DNA of 64,000 bases from a virus. Of the stretch, positions 1-10,241 are shown piece by piece. Both the position numbers and the translations under genes were made by a program. Each line of letters opens with the position of its first letter. Position 1 is the first letter of the stretch. The notes beneath the pieces were generated by a model, which saw nothing but the letters and a program-made list of their open reading frames with translations, was not told where the DNA came from and did no database searches. The stretch covers positions 64,001 to 128,000 of the IMG/VR virus record IMGVR_UViG_3300033994_001756. One strand, 5' to 3'.

Positions 1-309
1 GACGTAAGACTATTTAAAATTAAAAAGGAACAAGAATATAAAAGACTGCTCAGAGAAAAGTTTGAGTATTATACTGGAAAGTCAGACGTTCAAGTATATA
101 AAGAAAAGCCGTTTGATCTAAAAATTCTCAAACAAGATGTTCAGCTTTATATTGAAGCTGATGAAGAAATTCAGTCAGCTTTAAATAAACTAAATTATTA
201 TAAGGAGATGATATTTTTATTAGAAAGCATTCTAAGTAATATTAGTACTAGAGGATTTCAAATCAAAAATAGCATTGACTGGCAGAAATTTATGCAAGGA
301 AGTATTTAA
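1..309 (+). CDS. uvsY: UvsY recombination mediator, 3' part (truncated by window edge)
   Basis: Frame +1 reads ...FEYYTGKS...PFDLKILKQD...YIEADEEI...RGFQIKNSIDWQKF*; TAATG overlap with uvsW. Confidence 0.9.
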   Translation, partial: DVRLFKIKKEQEYKRLLREKFEYYTGKSDVQVYKEKPFDLKILKQDVQLYIEADEEIQSALNKLNYYKEMIFLLESILSNISTRGFQIKNSIDWQKFMQGSI

Positions 310-1781
310 TGGCTGATGTTATTATTCAGAAGAAAAACGAAGTATATTTGACTGTAGAGTGCGAACCACATATTAAATATGAGTTAGCTGAATACTTTAC
401 ATTTGATGTGCCCAATGCAAAATTCATGCCACAATTTAAAAACAGAATGTGGGATGGAAAAATTAGATTATTCAGTCCCCATGAAGGAAAAATTTATGTG
501 GGACTTTATGATTATCTAACTGAATGGTTGTGTGTTAGAAAGTACACATATCTAGATCAAGACAATAAATTTTATGGCCTACCAAAAGATTCAAATCACA
601 ACATCACTCCAGAAGGTCTTGTAGATTACATTAAATCTTTAAACATTCCATTCACAGTTAGAGATTATCAATACAAGGCAATCTACGAAGCAATCAAAAA
701 TAATAGGAAACTATTACTATCCCCAACTGCTTCTGGTAAATCATTGATGATCTATGCTATTGTTAGATATTATATTGACAGAAATTTGAATGTACTTATT
801 ATTACTCCTACTACATCTCTGGTAGAACAGCTATCAAAAGATTTTCAAGATTATGGTTGGGGTGAAGAAGTTCACAAAATTTATGCTGGAAAATCTAAAC
901 ACAGCACTAATCCAGTAACTATTACTACTTGGCAATCAATCTACAAGTTGCCCAAAACTTTCTTTGAAAAATATGATGTTGTTATTGGAGATGAGGCTCA
1001 CCAGTTCAAAGCCAAGTCTCTGATTACGATTATGGAAAAACTGCATAATTGTAAGCATAGAATTGGCTTCACAGGTACTCTGGATGGGTCCAACACAAAT
1101 CAACTCGTATTAGAGGGGTTATTCGGTCCTGTTAACAAGGTTATTAAGACCAAAAAACTGATAGACAAGGGCTACCTCTCAAACCTCAAAATCAATATCC
1201 TGTTGCTTCAGCATGGAGAATCTAGCTTTGAATCATATCAAGAAGAACTAGATTATATTTGTAGATCTGAAAAGAGAAACAACTATATCAAAAAATTAGC
1301 TATCAATCAAGAGGGTAATACTTTGATATTATTTGCTATGGTAGAAAAACATGGCAAGATACTTCACGAAATAATAAATAGTGATGTAGGCCATGAGCGA
1401 AAAGTATTTTTCGTATATGGTGGAGTTGATACTGAAGAAAGAGAATTAATCAGAAAACTAACAGAAGAAGAGTCTAATGCTATCATCATTGCTTCTTACG
1501 GCACTTTTTCTACTGGTATTAACATTAGAAATCTGCATAATGTTATCTTTGCTTCCCCTAGTAAATCAAGAATCAGAAACCTCCAATCAATCGGAAGAGT
1601 ATTGAGAAAAGGAGACAATAAATCAAAAGCAAAGCTATTTGATATTGCAGATGATTTCTCCAAAGGAGATAAAAAGAATTATACCTTAAATCACTTAGTA
1701 GAAAGAATTAAAACTTACTCAGAAGAAAACTTTGAGTACGAGATAATTCCAGTAAATTTTAAAAGGAAGGAACATGACTGA
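309..1781 (+). CDS. uvsW: UvsW SF2 RNA-DNA/DNA helicase
   Basis: SPTASGKS Walker A, DEAH box, QSIGRVLR motif VI; T4 synteny. Confidence 0.95.
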   Translation: MADVIIQKKNEVYLTVECEPHIKYELAEYFTFDVPNAKFMPQFKNRMWDGKIRLFSPHEGKIYVGLYDYLTEWLCVRKYTYLDQDNKFYGLPKDSNHNITPEGLVDYIKSLNIPFTVRDYQYKAIYEAIKNNRKLLLSPTASGKSLMIYAIVRYYIDRNLNVLIITPTTSLVEQLSKDFQDYGWGEEVHKIYAGKSKHSTNPVTITTWQSIYKLPKTFFEKYDVVIGDEAHQFKAKSLITIMEKLHNCKHRIGFTGTLDGSNTNQLVLEGLFGPVNKVIKTKKLIDKGYLSNLKINILLLQHGESSFESYQEELDYICRSEKRNNYIKKLAINQEGNTLILFAMVEKHGKILHEIINSDVGHERKVFFVYGGVDTEERELIRKLTEEESNAIIIASYGTFSTGINIRNLHNVIFASPSKSRIRNLQSIGRVLRKGDNKSKAKLFDIADDFSKGDKKNYTLNHLVERIKTYSEENFEYEIIPVNFKRKEHD

Positions 1782-2172
1782 ATTTTATGGAATAATTAAA
1801 TTAATTGACGGAGCAGAGTTAGTTGGTAATGTAGTTGTATGTGAAGAGGAAGATGGATTTGTTATAGAAAATCCATTTGAAATAACTGTAGAACAAATAT
1901 CAACTCCTGCTGGAGAGATGTACAAAGTTGATATGAGACCCTGGATTAAGTTCTCCAAAGAAGATATATTTTTTATTGAAAAGAATAAAGTATTTACTGT
2001 AGGAGAAGCAGATAATAAAATATTAATTTTGTATCGTAGTACTTTAAAGAAATATCTAAATCAAGATAACAACAATAAGGTATCACTAGATAAAGAACTA
2101 GGATTCAAGAATAAGATTGAAGAAGCAAGGAAGCTTCTAGAAAAATCATTTAAACTGAATATAGACTCTTAA
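1774..2172 (+). CDS. conserved cyanophage hypothetical protein
   Basis: 132-aa ORF with SD AGGAAGGA, in the usual slot between uvsW and g55. Confidence 0.75.
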   Translation: MTEFYGIIKLIDGAELVGNVVVCEEEDGFVIENPFEITVEQISTPAGEMYKVDMRPWIKFSKEDIFFIEKNKVFTVGEADNKILILYRSTLKKYLNQDNNNKVSLDKELGFKNKIEEARKLLEKSFKLNIDS

Positions 2173-2198
2173 AGAACTCTAAGTACTTAAAGTAAAGT

Positions 2199-2246
2199 TC
2201 TGAACCCTGACAGAGTTATTATACACACTTTCAGCAGTCTTGTCAA
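2199..2246 (-). promoter_or_regulatory. sigma70-type promoter on minus strand plus conserved leader (second copy at 31232-31279)
   Basis: TTGACA-17-TATAAT on minus strand; 27 nt identical to 31253-31279. Confidence 0.75.
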
Positions 2247-2263
2247 CCCCCCCCCCTCTCCTC

Positions 2264-2292
2264 TTGACAAGATGCTAGGAATGTGTTACGCT
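2264..2292 (+). promoter_or_regulatory. sigma70-type early promoter for g55
   Basis: TTGACA-17-TACGCT. Confidence 0.6.
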
Positions 2293-2318
2293 TAGTACAC
2301 TTGAAATAAAAACCTTGA

Positions 2319-2789
2319 ATGAAGAAAAAAGAACATTACGTAAATAACAAAGATTTTCTTGATGCTTTGATGGTTTACCGAAAGGAAGTTAAACTATCTA
2401 AAGAAGAAGGTAGAGACAAACCAAAGGTCCCAAACTATATTGGTGAATGCTTTTTAAAGATTGCTACTCACCTATCATATCGACCTAACTTTGTTAATTA
2501 CATGTTCAAGGATGATATGATTTGTGATGGCATTGAAAACTGCCTTCAGTATATTGATAACTTTGATCCAGAAAAGTCTACTAATCCTTTTGCATACTTC
2601 ACTCAGATTATCTACTTTGCATTCCTTCGTCGTATTCAAAAAGAAAAGAAGCAATTAGAAATTAAAACTAAACTTCTAGAACGATCTGGGTTTGATGAAG
2701 TATTTGCTGCAGATAGCAGTATCATGGGATATAATATGTCAGACATGAATAGCATTAAGGAAAACTTGGAGTATCGCAACAACCGATGA
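2319..2789 (+). CDS. g55: gp55 late-transcription sigma factor
   Basis: HYVNNKDF...YIGECFLKIATHLSYRPNF...NPFAYFTQIIYFAFLRRIQKEK. Confidence 0.95.
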   Translation: MKKKEHYVNNKDFLDALMVYRKEVKLSKEEGRDKPKVPNYIGECFLKIATHLSYRPNFVNYMFKDDMICDGIENCLQYIDNFDPEKSTNPFAYFTQIIYFAFLRRIQKEKKQLEIKTKLLERSGFDEVFAADSSIMGYNMSDMNSIKENLEYRNNR

Positions 2790-3835
2790 ATAGTGCCATT
2801 ATTACTGATCAACATCTTGACGGAAGAAAAGGATCTCAGGCATTCTGGGACTTCTTTCTAAAGTTCTACAATGAAGTATTTTTCCCCACGCTAGAAAAGA
2901 ATAATATCAAAATTCTTTTTGATCTTGGAGATACATTTGATAACAGAAAACAAATAGATTTTCTTGCATGGGATAGGATCAAGAAAAACTATTATGATCG
3001 ACTTCAGGAGATGGGTGTTCAAATTCATATGATTGTGGGTAACCACACTGCATACTATAAGAACACTAACAGAGTAAATACTCCAACTCTTCTTCTTGAT
3101 TGCTATGATAATATTACAATTTATGATGAAATTTGTGATATTGATGTTTTAGGAAACACCATTACAATGATTCCCTGGATTAACTCTGAGAATCAATTCA
3201 AAGTGATGAATCACCTAGAGAATACAAAATCAGAAGTATTGATGGGTCATTTGGAAATCAATGGATTTGAAGCTCACCCAGGACATATGTTTGAAGGTGG
3301 ATTAGACAGAGACATCTTTTCTAAATTTAAACGAGTTTATTCTGGGCATTTTCATCACAAATCAAGAAGTGATAACATCTATTATCTTGGCAATCCATAT
3401 GAAATGACATGGAGTGATTACAATGAAGAACGTGGGTTCCATCTTTATGATTTAGATTCCAGGAAACTTGAATTCATTCGTAATCCATTTAGAATGTTCA
3501 AGAAGTTTTATTATGATGATGCGAAGAATGATTATACCAAAGCAGATCTATCAGAATATGCCGATAGCTACGTTAAAGTTATCGTAGAAAATAAAAATGA
3601 CTTATATACCTTCGATAAAGTAATTGAGAAATTCTATACTATTGGAGTTCATGATCTAAAAATTATTGAAGATACTCAAGTATTTTCTGATCAAGATGAT
3701 CAAGAAGTTACTGAACATGAAGATACCCTAACCACTTTGCAGAGATATATAGAAGATATGAAAAATAATTATGATAAATCTCAATTGAAATCTATCATAA
3801 AATCTATTTACCTGGAAGCTTCTGAAATTCAGTAA
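2786..3835 (+). CDS. g47: gp47 recombination nuclease (Mre11/SbcD-like)
   Basis: TDQH, DLGDTFD, GNH and SGHFH phosphoesterase motifs. Confidence 0.95.
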   Translation: MNSAIITDQHLDGRKGSQAFWDFFLKFYNEVFFPTLEKNNIKILFDLGDTFDNRKQIDFLAWDRIKKNYYDRLQEMGVQIHMIVGNHTAYYKNTNRVNTPTLLLDCYDNITIYDEICDIDVLGNTITMIPWINSENQFKVMNHLENTKSEVLMGHLEINGFEAHPGHMFEGGLDRDIFSKFKRVYSGHFHHKSRSDNIYYLGNPYEMTWSDYNEERGFHLYDLDSRKLEFIRNPFRMFKKFYYDDAKNDYTKADLSEYADSYVKVIVENKNDLYTFDKVIEKFYTIGVHDLKIIEDTQVFSDQDDQEVTEHEDTLTTLQRYIEDMKNNYDKSQLKSIIKSIYLEASEIQ

Positions 3836-4110
3836 TGTACATACTAACTCTCAAAGACAAAAAGGAAGAAGGTGCATACGCAGTAGAAACTTCTGACGGA
3901 AGTAAAGTTTTACAAATGTTTGTTGACGAAGACGATGCACTTCGATATGTTGGTCTTTTAGAAGCAGACGGATTCCCTGAATTACAATTAGTTGAGATCG
4001 AGGAAGAAGATGCCGTGACTGCTTGTGAGAGTTTTGGATATAATTACTGTGTTATAACCCCTGATGATTTTGTAATTCCTCCTGATACCATTTCCTATGA
4101 TTTTATTTAA
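3835..4110 (+). CDS. conserved cyanophage hypothetical protein
   Basis: Acidic 91-aa ORF coupled between g47 and g46; EGAYAV...F.DEDDA.RY. Confidence 0.75.
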   Translation: MYILTLKDKKEEGAYAVETSDGSKVLQMFVDEDDALRYVGLLEADGFPELQLVEIEEEDAVTACESFGYNYCVITPDDFVIPPDTISYDFI

Positions 4111-5809
4111 GACTGTAACATACTCTAATTTTCTTGCAGTTGGTAATACTCCGATCACTGTCAATCTAAATGATTCCAATACTACACTCATAATTGGATC
4201 TAACGGTGCTGGTAAAAGTACAGTCATTGAGGCAATCATATTTGCACTGTTCAACAAGTCCTTTCGCAAGGTCAATAAAAACCAGTTAATTAACTCTATA
4301 AATGAGAAGGACTGTAAAGTAGACCTAGAGTTCAATATAGGATCAAAAGAATACCGTATTATTCGTGGACTGAAACCAAACATCTTTGAGATTTGGATTG
4401 ATGGTAAACTTCTAGATCAAGTTGCGGCTGCCTCCGATCAGCAAAAGTATCTGGAGCAAAACATCCTAAAGCTAAATTACAAATCATTTACTCAGATTGT
4501 AATTTTGGGATCCAGCACCTTTGTTCCTTTCATGCAACTTCCTGCAGCGCATCGTAGAGAAATTATTGAAGATCTTCTAGACATTCGTATCTTCTCGACA
4601 ATGAATGTCATTCTAAAAGATCGAATTAAAACCAATAATGATAACATCAAAACTTTTGAGACTGAGATTCAGTTTTTAAAAGAAAAGGTTGGAATGCAAA
4701 AGGATCACATTGATTATATTACCAGTCAGTCTCAGAAAAATATTGATGATAAAAAATCTCAAATACTAGATTACGAAGTGCAAATTAAAGATTGCAATGA
4801 GACCTACGATAAACTTTGCCAAGAGCTAGAAGTAAAACAGCAAGAACTCTCATCCCTTCCAAAAATTAATATCAAAGATCTAGAAAAATATAAGACTAAA
4901 TTCTCAACTAAACTATCTGATTATACTACCAATATCCAGTTTTATAATGAGAATGATGTATGCCCAACTTGTCAGCAAGATTTGACAGAAGAAGTTAAGA
5001 AAACTCATATCTCAAAATGCAACACTGAGATTGAAAAACTTGAATCTGCAATTCAAGAAGTCGAAACCAAGATTAAAGAATCTCAAATTATTATTGATAA
5101 ATCTCAAGAGATCTTGACAGATATAAATGATTTAAATGTAAAGATTGCTTCTCAAAATTACAACTGCAAAAGTCTTCAGAAGTTTATTGATGCATTAAAT
5201 GATGAAATTCAAAAAATCAATGAAACCGACAAAGACATTGCAACTGAAAAGCAAAAGCTAACCACACTTGCTTCTGAGGGAGTAGTATTAAAGAAGCAAG
5301 TGGACAAGATGAAGAATAATAAAACCTATTATGAAATTGTCTCAACTTTATTGAAAGATACTGGAATTAAATCCAAGATCATCAAGAAATATCTACCAGT
5401 GATGAATCAACTCATTAACAAGTATCTTCAGTTGATGGACTTCTATGTAAACTTCAATCTCGATGAGAACTTTGAAGAAACTATCAAATCTAGATTTAGG
5501 GATGAATTTAGTTACACTTCATTCTCAGAAGGCGAGAAAATGAGAATTGACTTAGCCTTGATGTTTACATGGAGGGCAGTTGCTAAACTAAAGAATTCAG
5601 CAAGCACAAATTTACTTATCCTAGACGAAGTGTTTGATAGTTCTCTAGATACATCTGGCACTGAAGATTTTCTAAAGATACTTCGTGGAATTGATAGTGA
5701 TACAAATGTATTTGTAATCTCTCATAAAGGTGACATGCTACATGATAAGTTTGAGAAAGTTCTTCAATTTGAAAAAGTCAAGAATTTCAGTAAAGTAAAA
5801 GAGCTATAA
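4097..5809 (+). CDS. g46: gp46 recombination ATPase (Rad50/SbcC-like)
   Basis: GSNGAGKS, CPTC zinc hook, FSEGEKMRID signature, LILDE. Confidence 0.95.
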   Translation: MILFKTVTYSNFLAVGNTPITVNLNDSNTTLIIGSNGAGKSTVIEAIIFALFNKSFRKVNKNQLINSINEKDCKVDLEFNIGSKEYRIIRGLKPNIFEIWIDGKLLDQVAAASDQQKYLEQNILKLNYKSFTQIVILGSSTFVPFMQLPAAHRREIIEDLLDIRIFSTMNVILKDRIKTNNDNIKTFETEIQFLKEKVGMQKDHIDYITSQSQKNIDDKKSQILDYEVQIKDCNETYDKLCQELEVKQQELSSLPKINIKDLEKYKTKFSTKLSDYTTNIQFYNENDVCPTCQQDLTEEVKKTHISKCNTEIEKLESAIQEVETKIKESQIIIDKSQEILTDINDLNVKIASQNYNCKSLQKFIDALNDEIQKINETDKDIATEKQKLTTLASEGVVLKKQVDKMKNNKTYYEIVSTLLKDTGIKSKIIKKYLPVMNQLINKYLQLMDFYVNFNLDENFEETIKSRFRDEFSYTSFSEGEKMRIDLALMFTWRAVAKLKNSASTNLLILDEVFDSSLDTSGTEDFLKILRGIDSDTNVFVISHKGDMLHDKFEKVLQFEKVKNFSKVKEL

Positions 5810-5831
5810 GCAATCCTTATGGTCCATCCCA

Positions 5832-5860
5832 TTGACATGGTGGGGTGGACCTGTTACTAT
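5832..5860 (+). promoter_or_regulatory. sigma70-type early promoter
   Basis: TTGACA-17-TACTAT upstream of ORF 5884. Confidence 0.65.
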
Positions 5861-5883
5861 ATGAGGACTGAATTGAGGCACCT

Positions 5884-8043
5884 ATGTCCGACATCAAACA
5901 GTCCAAGAGTATTCTTGCTAAACTTTTGGCAACAGAAAACCTTACTGTTGAACATCGTTCTGTTCCCACTGCAAGCTTCGATACTCACAATCGTGTGCTG
6001 ACTCTTCCTATTTGGGAAGGTACTTCTAACGATGTATATGACCTTCTTGTTGGTCATGAAGTTGGTCATGCCATCTATACTCCAGATCTATATGGTAGTG
6101 ATCTAAATCTTCCTCAGGGATATCTGAATGTGGTTGAGGATGCTCGCATCGAGAAGTTGATGAAGCGTAAGTATCCTGGTCTTGCTCGTTCATTTTATCG
6201 TGGATACTCAGAACTGAATGATCAGGACTTCTTTGAGATTGATTCTATTGATGTTAATGAACTGAAGTTTATTGATAAAATCAATCTCCACTTCAAACTT
6301 GGCAACGTCCATGCTGGAGTGTTTATTAACTTTACTCCAGAAGAGCAGGTATTTATTGGTAAAATTGCCAATGCAGAAACCTTTGAAGATGTAGTAAATA
6401 TTGTAAAAGAACTAGTAGAGCATACTGAAAAACAAGTTGAACTTCAACTGTCTTCTGCCACAGGAAACTCACTTGAAGGTGAAGGAGAACAGTCTGAATC
6501 TCAGGAGAATCAAAGTTCTGAAAGTAACGTAAGTGATAGTGAGAATCAGACTTCTGCTCAATCTGATTGCGATAATAAAGAAGATGCTCCTAAGGAATCT
6601 ACTCCTAAGGAATCTACTCCATCTTCTTCCAACAACTCTGGGAAGCAAGCAGATTTTACTTCTGATACAGATAAGGCATGGTCTAAAAATCAACAACAAC
6701 TTGCTAGTCTTACTGGCGACACCTACATCTATCTGACTCCACCATCTATTGATATTGATAATCATCTTCTTCCCTGGAAAGAATGTGTCAAAGATCTTCC
6801 TAAGATTTTCACAAGCATGATTGATTATGCTAATCAGTCTGGGTATAAAAGCAAAAGTTATTACAAGAGCATGTTTGATAGAGCAGAGAGTAACTATAAA
6901 AATTACAAGGATGATTGTAAGAAGTCTGTATCATATCTGATTAAAGAATTTGAAATGAAAAAGCGAGCAACTGAATACAATCGGTCTGCTACCGCTGGAA
7001 CTGGTGTTCTTGATACCAACAAAATGCATTCCTATAAGTGGAATGATGATATCTTCAAGAAGGTAACTGTAGTTCCTAAAGGTAAGTCTCATGGTCTAAT
7101 CATGTATCTTGACTGGTCTGGTTCCATGCAAGGAAACCTAGTAGGTACTATCAAGCAACTGTTCAATCTGATTCAGTTCTGCAAAAAAGTACAGATTCCC
7201 TTTGAAGTGTATTCCTTCAATGACAGGAATACCGCAAAGAATTATAATCAAATATCTCGCAGTAAGAAATTATCCGTAAAGGAAAATCAAATTTTTATCA
7301 ATAATGATTTCCTTCTTGTGAATTTGCTGAGCAGTAAAATGAATACTGCTCAACTGGATAGTCAGATGAAGAATCTCTGGAAACTTGCACATGCTCTAGA
7401 TCTGCAATCATATCTAACTACTGAGTATACTCATTATGATCTAGGTAGCACTCCTTTGAATGAATGCGTATTTGCAGCGATTGATGTGTTTGATAAATTC
7501 AAGAAAACTTATAAAGTAGATAAAGTTAACACAGTTTTCTTGACTGATGGGGAATCTAACTCAGTTGCATACAATCGTTCAACTTATGGTAATACGAACA
7601 TTGTTCATTCTGGTTGGCTAAGTGCAAATGAAATTCTATGTCTTCAGGACAAGAAAAACAAAATTACTATGATGAATATCAGTAAAAATGGAAGTATGGG
7701 AATTACCAGTGCATTTGTAGATTACTATCGTCAAATCACTGGATCAAATGCTGTAGGATTCCGACTTATTGATTTCTATGGTGCCAAGTCTTTTGTTGCT
7801 CGATATCTAAAAGATGAGTTTTCAAATTGGACTGCAGTATCTTCCGAGTGGGCAAAAACTAGGTCATTTACTGCAACTTCTTTGGGGTACAACGAACTCT
7901 ACTTTATTGAGATCGGCAATAGTACTCCCACAGACATTGCCCCTGCAATCCCAGCAAATCCGTTGACCGCATTCAAAACTCAAATGAGTAAGAAGGCTTT
8001 CAATAAGATCATCTTATCGAAATTCATCGAGCAAATCGCTTGA
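5884..8043 (+). CDS. HExxH metallopeptidase-like plus vWA domain protein (CobT-like partner of CobS)
   Basis: HEVGH, NVVEDARIE, acidic linker, DWSGSM MIDAS motif, TPL, LTDGES. Confidence 0.85.
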   Translation: MSDIKQSKSILAKLLATENLTVEHRSVPTASFDTHNRVLTLPIWEGTSNDVYDLLVGHEVGHAIYTPDLYGSDLNLPQGYLNVVEDARIEKLMKRKYPGLARSFYRGYSELNDQDFFEIDSIDVNELKFIDKINLHFKLGNVHAGVFINFTPEEQVFIGKIANAETFEDVVNIVKELVEHTEKQVELQLSSATGNSLEGEGEQSESQENQSSESNVSDSENQTSAQSDCDNKEDAPKESTPKESTPSSSNNSGKQADFTSDTDKAWSKNQQQLASLTGDTYIYLTPPSIDIDNHLLPWKECVKDLPKIFTSMIDYANQSGYKSKSYYKSMFDRAESNYKNYKDDCKKSVSYLIKEFEMKKRATEYNRSATAGTGVLDTNKMHSYKWNDDIFKKVTVVPKGKSHGLIMYLDWSGSMQGNLVGTIKQLFNLIQFCKKVQIPFEVYSFNDRNTAKNYNQISRSKKLSVKENQIFINNDFLLVNLLSSKMNTAQLDSQMKNLWKLAHALDLQSYLTTEYTHYDLGSTPLNECVFAAIDVFDKFKKTYKVDKVNTVFLTDGESNSVAYNRSTYGNTNIVHSGWLSANEILCLQDKKNKITMMNISKNGSMGITSAFVDYYRQITGSNAVGFRLIDFYGAKSFVARYLKDEFSNWTAVSSEWAKTRSFTATSLGYNELYFIEIGNSTPTDIAPAIPANPLTAFKTQMSKKAFNKIILSKFIEQIA
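6589..6620 (+). repeat. 15-nt tandem duplication in acidic linker (PKEST x2)
   Basis: cctaaggaatctact repeated twice. Confidence 0.85.
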
Positions 8044-8068
8044 CACCCCACTCCTTTTGCCCTATACT
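8040..8068 (+). promoter_or_regulatory. sigma70-type early promoter for cobS
   Basis: TTGACA-17-TATACT. Confidence 0.7.
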
Positions 8069-8097
8069 ACTTTCATACCAAACGAGGTAACTTCATT

Positions 8098-9204
8098 ATG
8101 ACTCAAATGATTGATCAGCTTGTTCAAAACCTGACTGCTCTTTACGGCGAAACTGTGACTCGCCAACAACTGATTGAATATGCTGCAAACTCAAACACTT
8201 CCCTTGCAACTATTTGCAAGACACTTGAACCTAACAAATCTGGTCGTGGAGTCTGGAATTTGACTGTAACTGAACAACTTGAAAAGACCTTTAATTCTAT
8301 GTCTGCAACTCCTGCTACACCTGTAGTTAGCTTCATTCCCCAGAAAGACAAAAACTATGTCTCGTTTGGCAACTTCAGTGATGTGAAGCGAATTGTCAAG
8401 TCTGGGATGTTCTATCCTGTTTTCATCACTGGTCTTTCTGGTAACGGTAAAACTGTCAGCGTGGAGCAAGCTTGTGCTCACCTGAAGCGTGAACTGATTC
8501 GTGTCAACATCACTATTGAGACCGATGAGGATGATCTGCTGGGTGGCTTCCGACTTGTTGATGGGGAAACCGTATGGCATGATGGTCCTGTAGTCAATGC
8601 CCTGAAGCGTGGTGCAGTCCTTCTGCTTGATGAGATCGACCTTGCTTCTAACAAGATCATGTGTCTACAGTCTGTGCTAGAAGGTAAGGGTGTTTTTCTA
8701 AAGAAGATCAACCAGTATGTAACTCCCACTGCTGGCTTCAACGTCATCGCCACTGCCAACACCAAAGGTAAAGGTTCTGATGATGGTCGTTTCATTGGCA
8801 CCAACGTGATGAACGAAGCATTCCTTGAGCGTTTCCCCATCACGTTTGAGCAACCTTATCCTTCTATGGCGACTGAGAAAAAGATTCTCATGAACCTGAT
8901 GAACTCTTTTGAAGTTGTTGATGAAGAGTTTGTTGACAAGCTGATTGTCTGGGCAGATACTATTCGTAAGACCTTCTATGATGGTGGCGTAGATGAAATC
9001 ATCACCACTCGTCGTCTGGTTCATATCGTTCAGTCATTTGCTATCTTTAAGAATCGCAAGAAGGCTATCAATGTTTGTATCAATCGTTTTGATGATGACA
9101 CCAAGAGTTCCTTCCTAGATCTCTACAAGAACATTGATGCTTCTGCTCTAGATACCACTGAGGAAAGTGTGGTAGATCAAGAAGCACTTGACAGCTCTAT
9201 CTGA
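8098..9204 (+). CDS. cobS: CobS-like MoxR/AAA+ ATPase
   Basis: GLSGNGKT, LLLDEID, ATANTKGKG, NEAFLERF. Confidence 0.9.
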   Translation: MTQMIDQLVQNLTALYGETVTRQQLIEYAANSNTSLATICKTLEPNKSGRGVWNLTVTEQLEKTFNSMSATPATPVVSFIPQKDKNYVSFGNFSDVKRIVKSGMFYPVFITGLSGNGKTVSVEQACAHLKRELIRVNITIETDEDDLLGGFRLVDGETVWHDGPVVNALKRGAVLLLDEIDLASNKIMCLQSVLEGKGVFLKKINQYVTPTAGFNVIATANTKGKGSDDGRFIGTNVMNEAFLERFPITFEQPYPSMATEKKILMNLMNSFEVVDEEFVDKLIVWADTIRKTFYDGGVDEIITTRRLVHIVQSFAIFKNRKKAINVCINRFDDDTKSSFLDLYKNIDASALDTTEESVVDQEALDSSI

Positions 9205-9216
9205 TTGATGTATACT
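9188..9216 (+). promoter_or_regulatory. sigma70-type promoter
   Basis: TTGACA-17-TATACT. Confidence 0.7.
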
Positions 9217-9257
9217 AGGGGAGTTCTCTCCCCATTTTTTATTCGGAGATTTTAATT

Positions 9258-9572
9258 ATGCAATGGAAGTACAACGAAGACAGAATCTTCAAGGATATTG
9301 AGGAGTATGTAGTAAGTACTTATGGAAGCCATTACTGTGGTCACGATGAAGATTATCGTGATGTTCAGACTATTGATCTTATGGCAGCCAAAGGATTGGC
9401 TCAAGACTTCTGTCAAGCCAATATCCTGAAGTACGGCTCACGCTATGGTGATAAAGATGGTCACAACAAACGTGATCTAATGAAAGTCATTCACTACGCT
9501 ATGCTTCTGCTTCATTTTGACAAGCATTATTCACGTACCAATAACGGTCTCCAGGAGTTCAAATCTGTATGA
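9258..9572 (+). CDS. conserved T4-like hypothetical protein (DUF3310-like)
   Basis: TYGSHY...FCQANILKYGSRYGDKDG...DLMKVIHYA. Confidence 0.75.
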   Translation: MQWKYNEDRIFKDIEEYVVSTYGSHYCGHDEDYRDVQTIDLMAAKGLAQDFCQANILKYGSRYGDKDGHNKRDLMKVIHYAMLLLHFDKHYSRTNNGLQEFKSV

Positions 9573-10237
9573 AAATTTCTAACGAAACACTGAATGTTCT
9601 AAAGAATTTCTCTACCATCAACTCTTCACTTGTCGTGAAATCGGGTAGTGTTATTCGTACTGTTTCTCCAGTAAAAAATATTCTTGCAGAGTATACTTGC
9701 ACTGAAACCTTTGAGCAGAATTTTGCTCTGTATGACTTGAACGAATTCCTTGGTGGACTTACTTTGTTTAAGGATCCTGAATTTGTATTTGACAACCCTA
9801 GTTATTTGACTATTAAAAGTGGTCGTTCAAAGGTAAAGTATTTCTTTTCAGATCCGAATCTGATTGCCAGCCCATCTGACAAGCAAATTCCAATGGATGG
9901 GGAAAATGTAGAGTTTGAACTTGGAGAAGAGGTTCTTTCTTCGCTTTTAAAAGCTGCGAGCGTGTATCAGCTAAAAGATCTATCTCTAATTAGTGAAGAT
10001 GGAGAAATCAATCTTGTAGTTCGCAACAAAGACAACGACACATCAAATAGTTTCTCAGCTAAAGTTGGTGAGACTGATAATCAATTTGTCTTCAACTTTA
10101 AAATTGAAAATATCAAGATCATTCCTGATGTGTACAAAGTCTTAGTGTCTCCGCAGAATGTATCTCAGTTTATTAGTTCCAAATACAATCTTCAATATTG
10201 GATTGCCCTTGAACCAGATTCTACTTTTGGAGGTTGA
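9569..10237 (+). CDS. g45: gp45 sliding clamp
   Basis: MKISNETLNVLKNFSTINSS...YDLNEFL...YWIALEPDS. Confidence 0.95.
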   Translation: MKISNETLNVLKNFSTINSSLVVKSGSVIRTVSPVKNILAEYTCTETFEQNFALYDLNEFLGGLTLFKDPEFVFDNPSYLTIKSGRSKVKYFFSDPNLIASPSDKQIPMDGENVEFELGEEVLSSLLKAASVYQLKDLSLISEDGEINLVVRNKDNDTSNSFSAKVGETDNQFVFNFKIENIKIIPDVYKVLVSPQNVSQFISSKYNLQYWIALEPDSTFGG

Positions 10238-10241
10238 TTAA

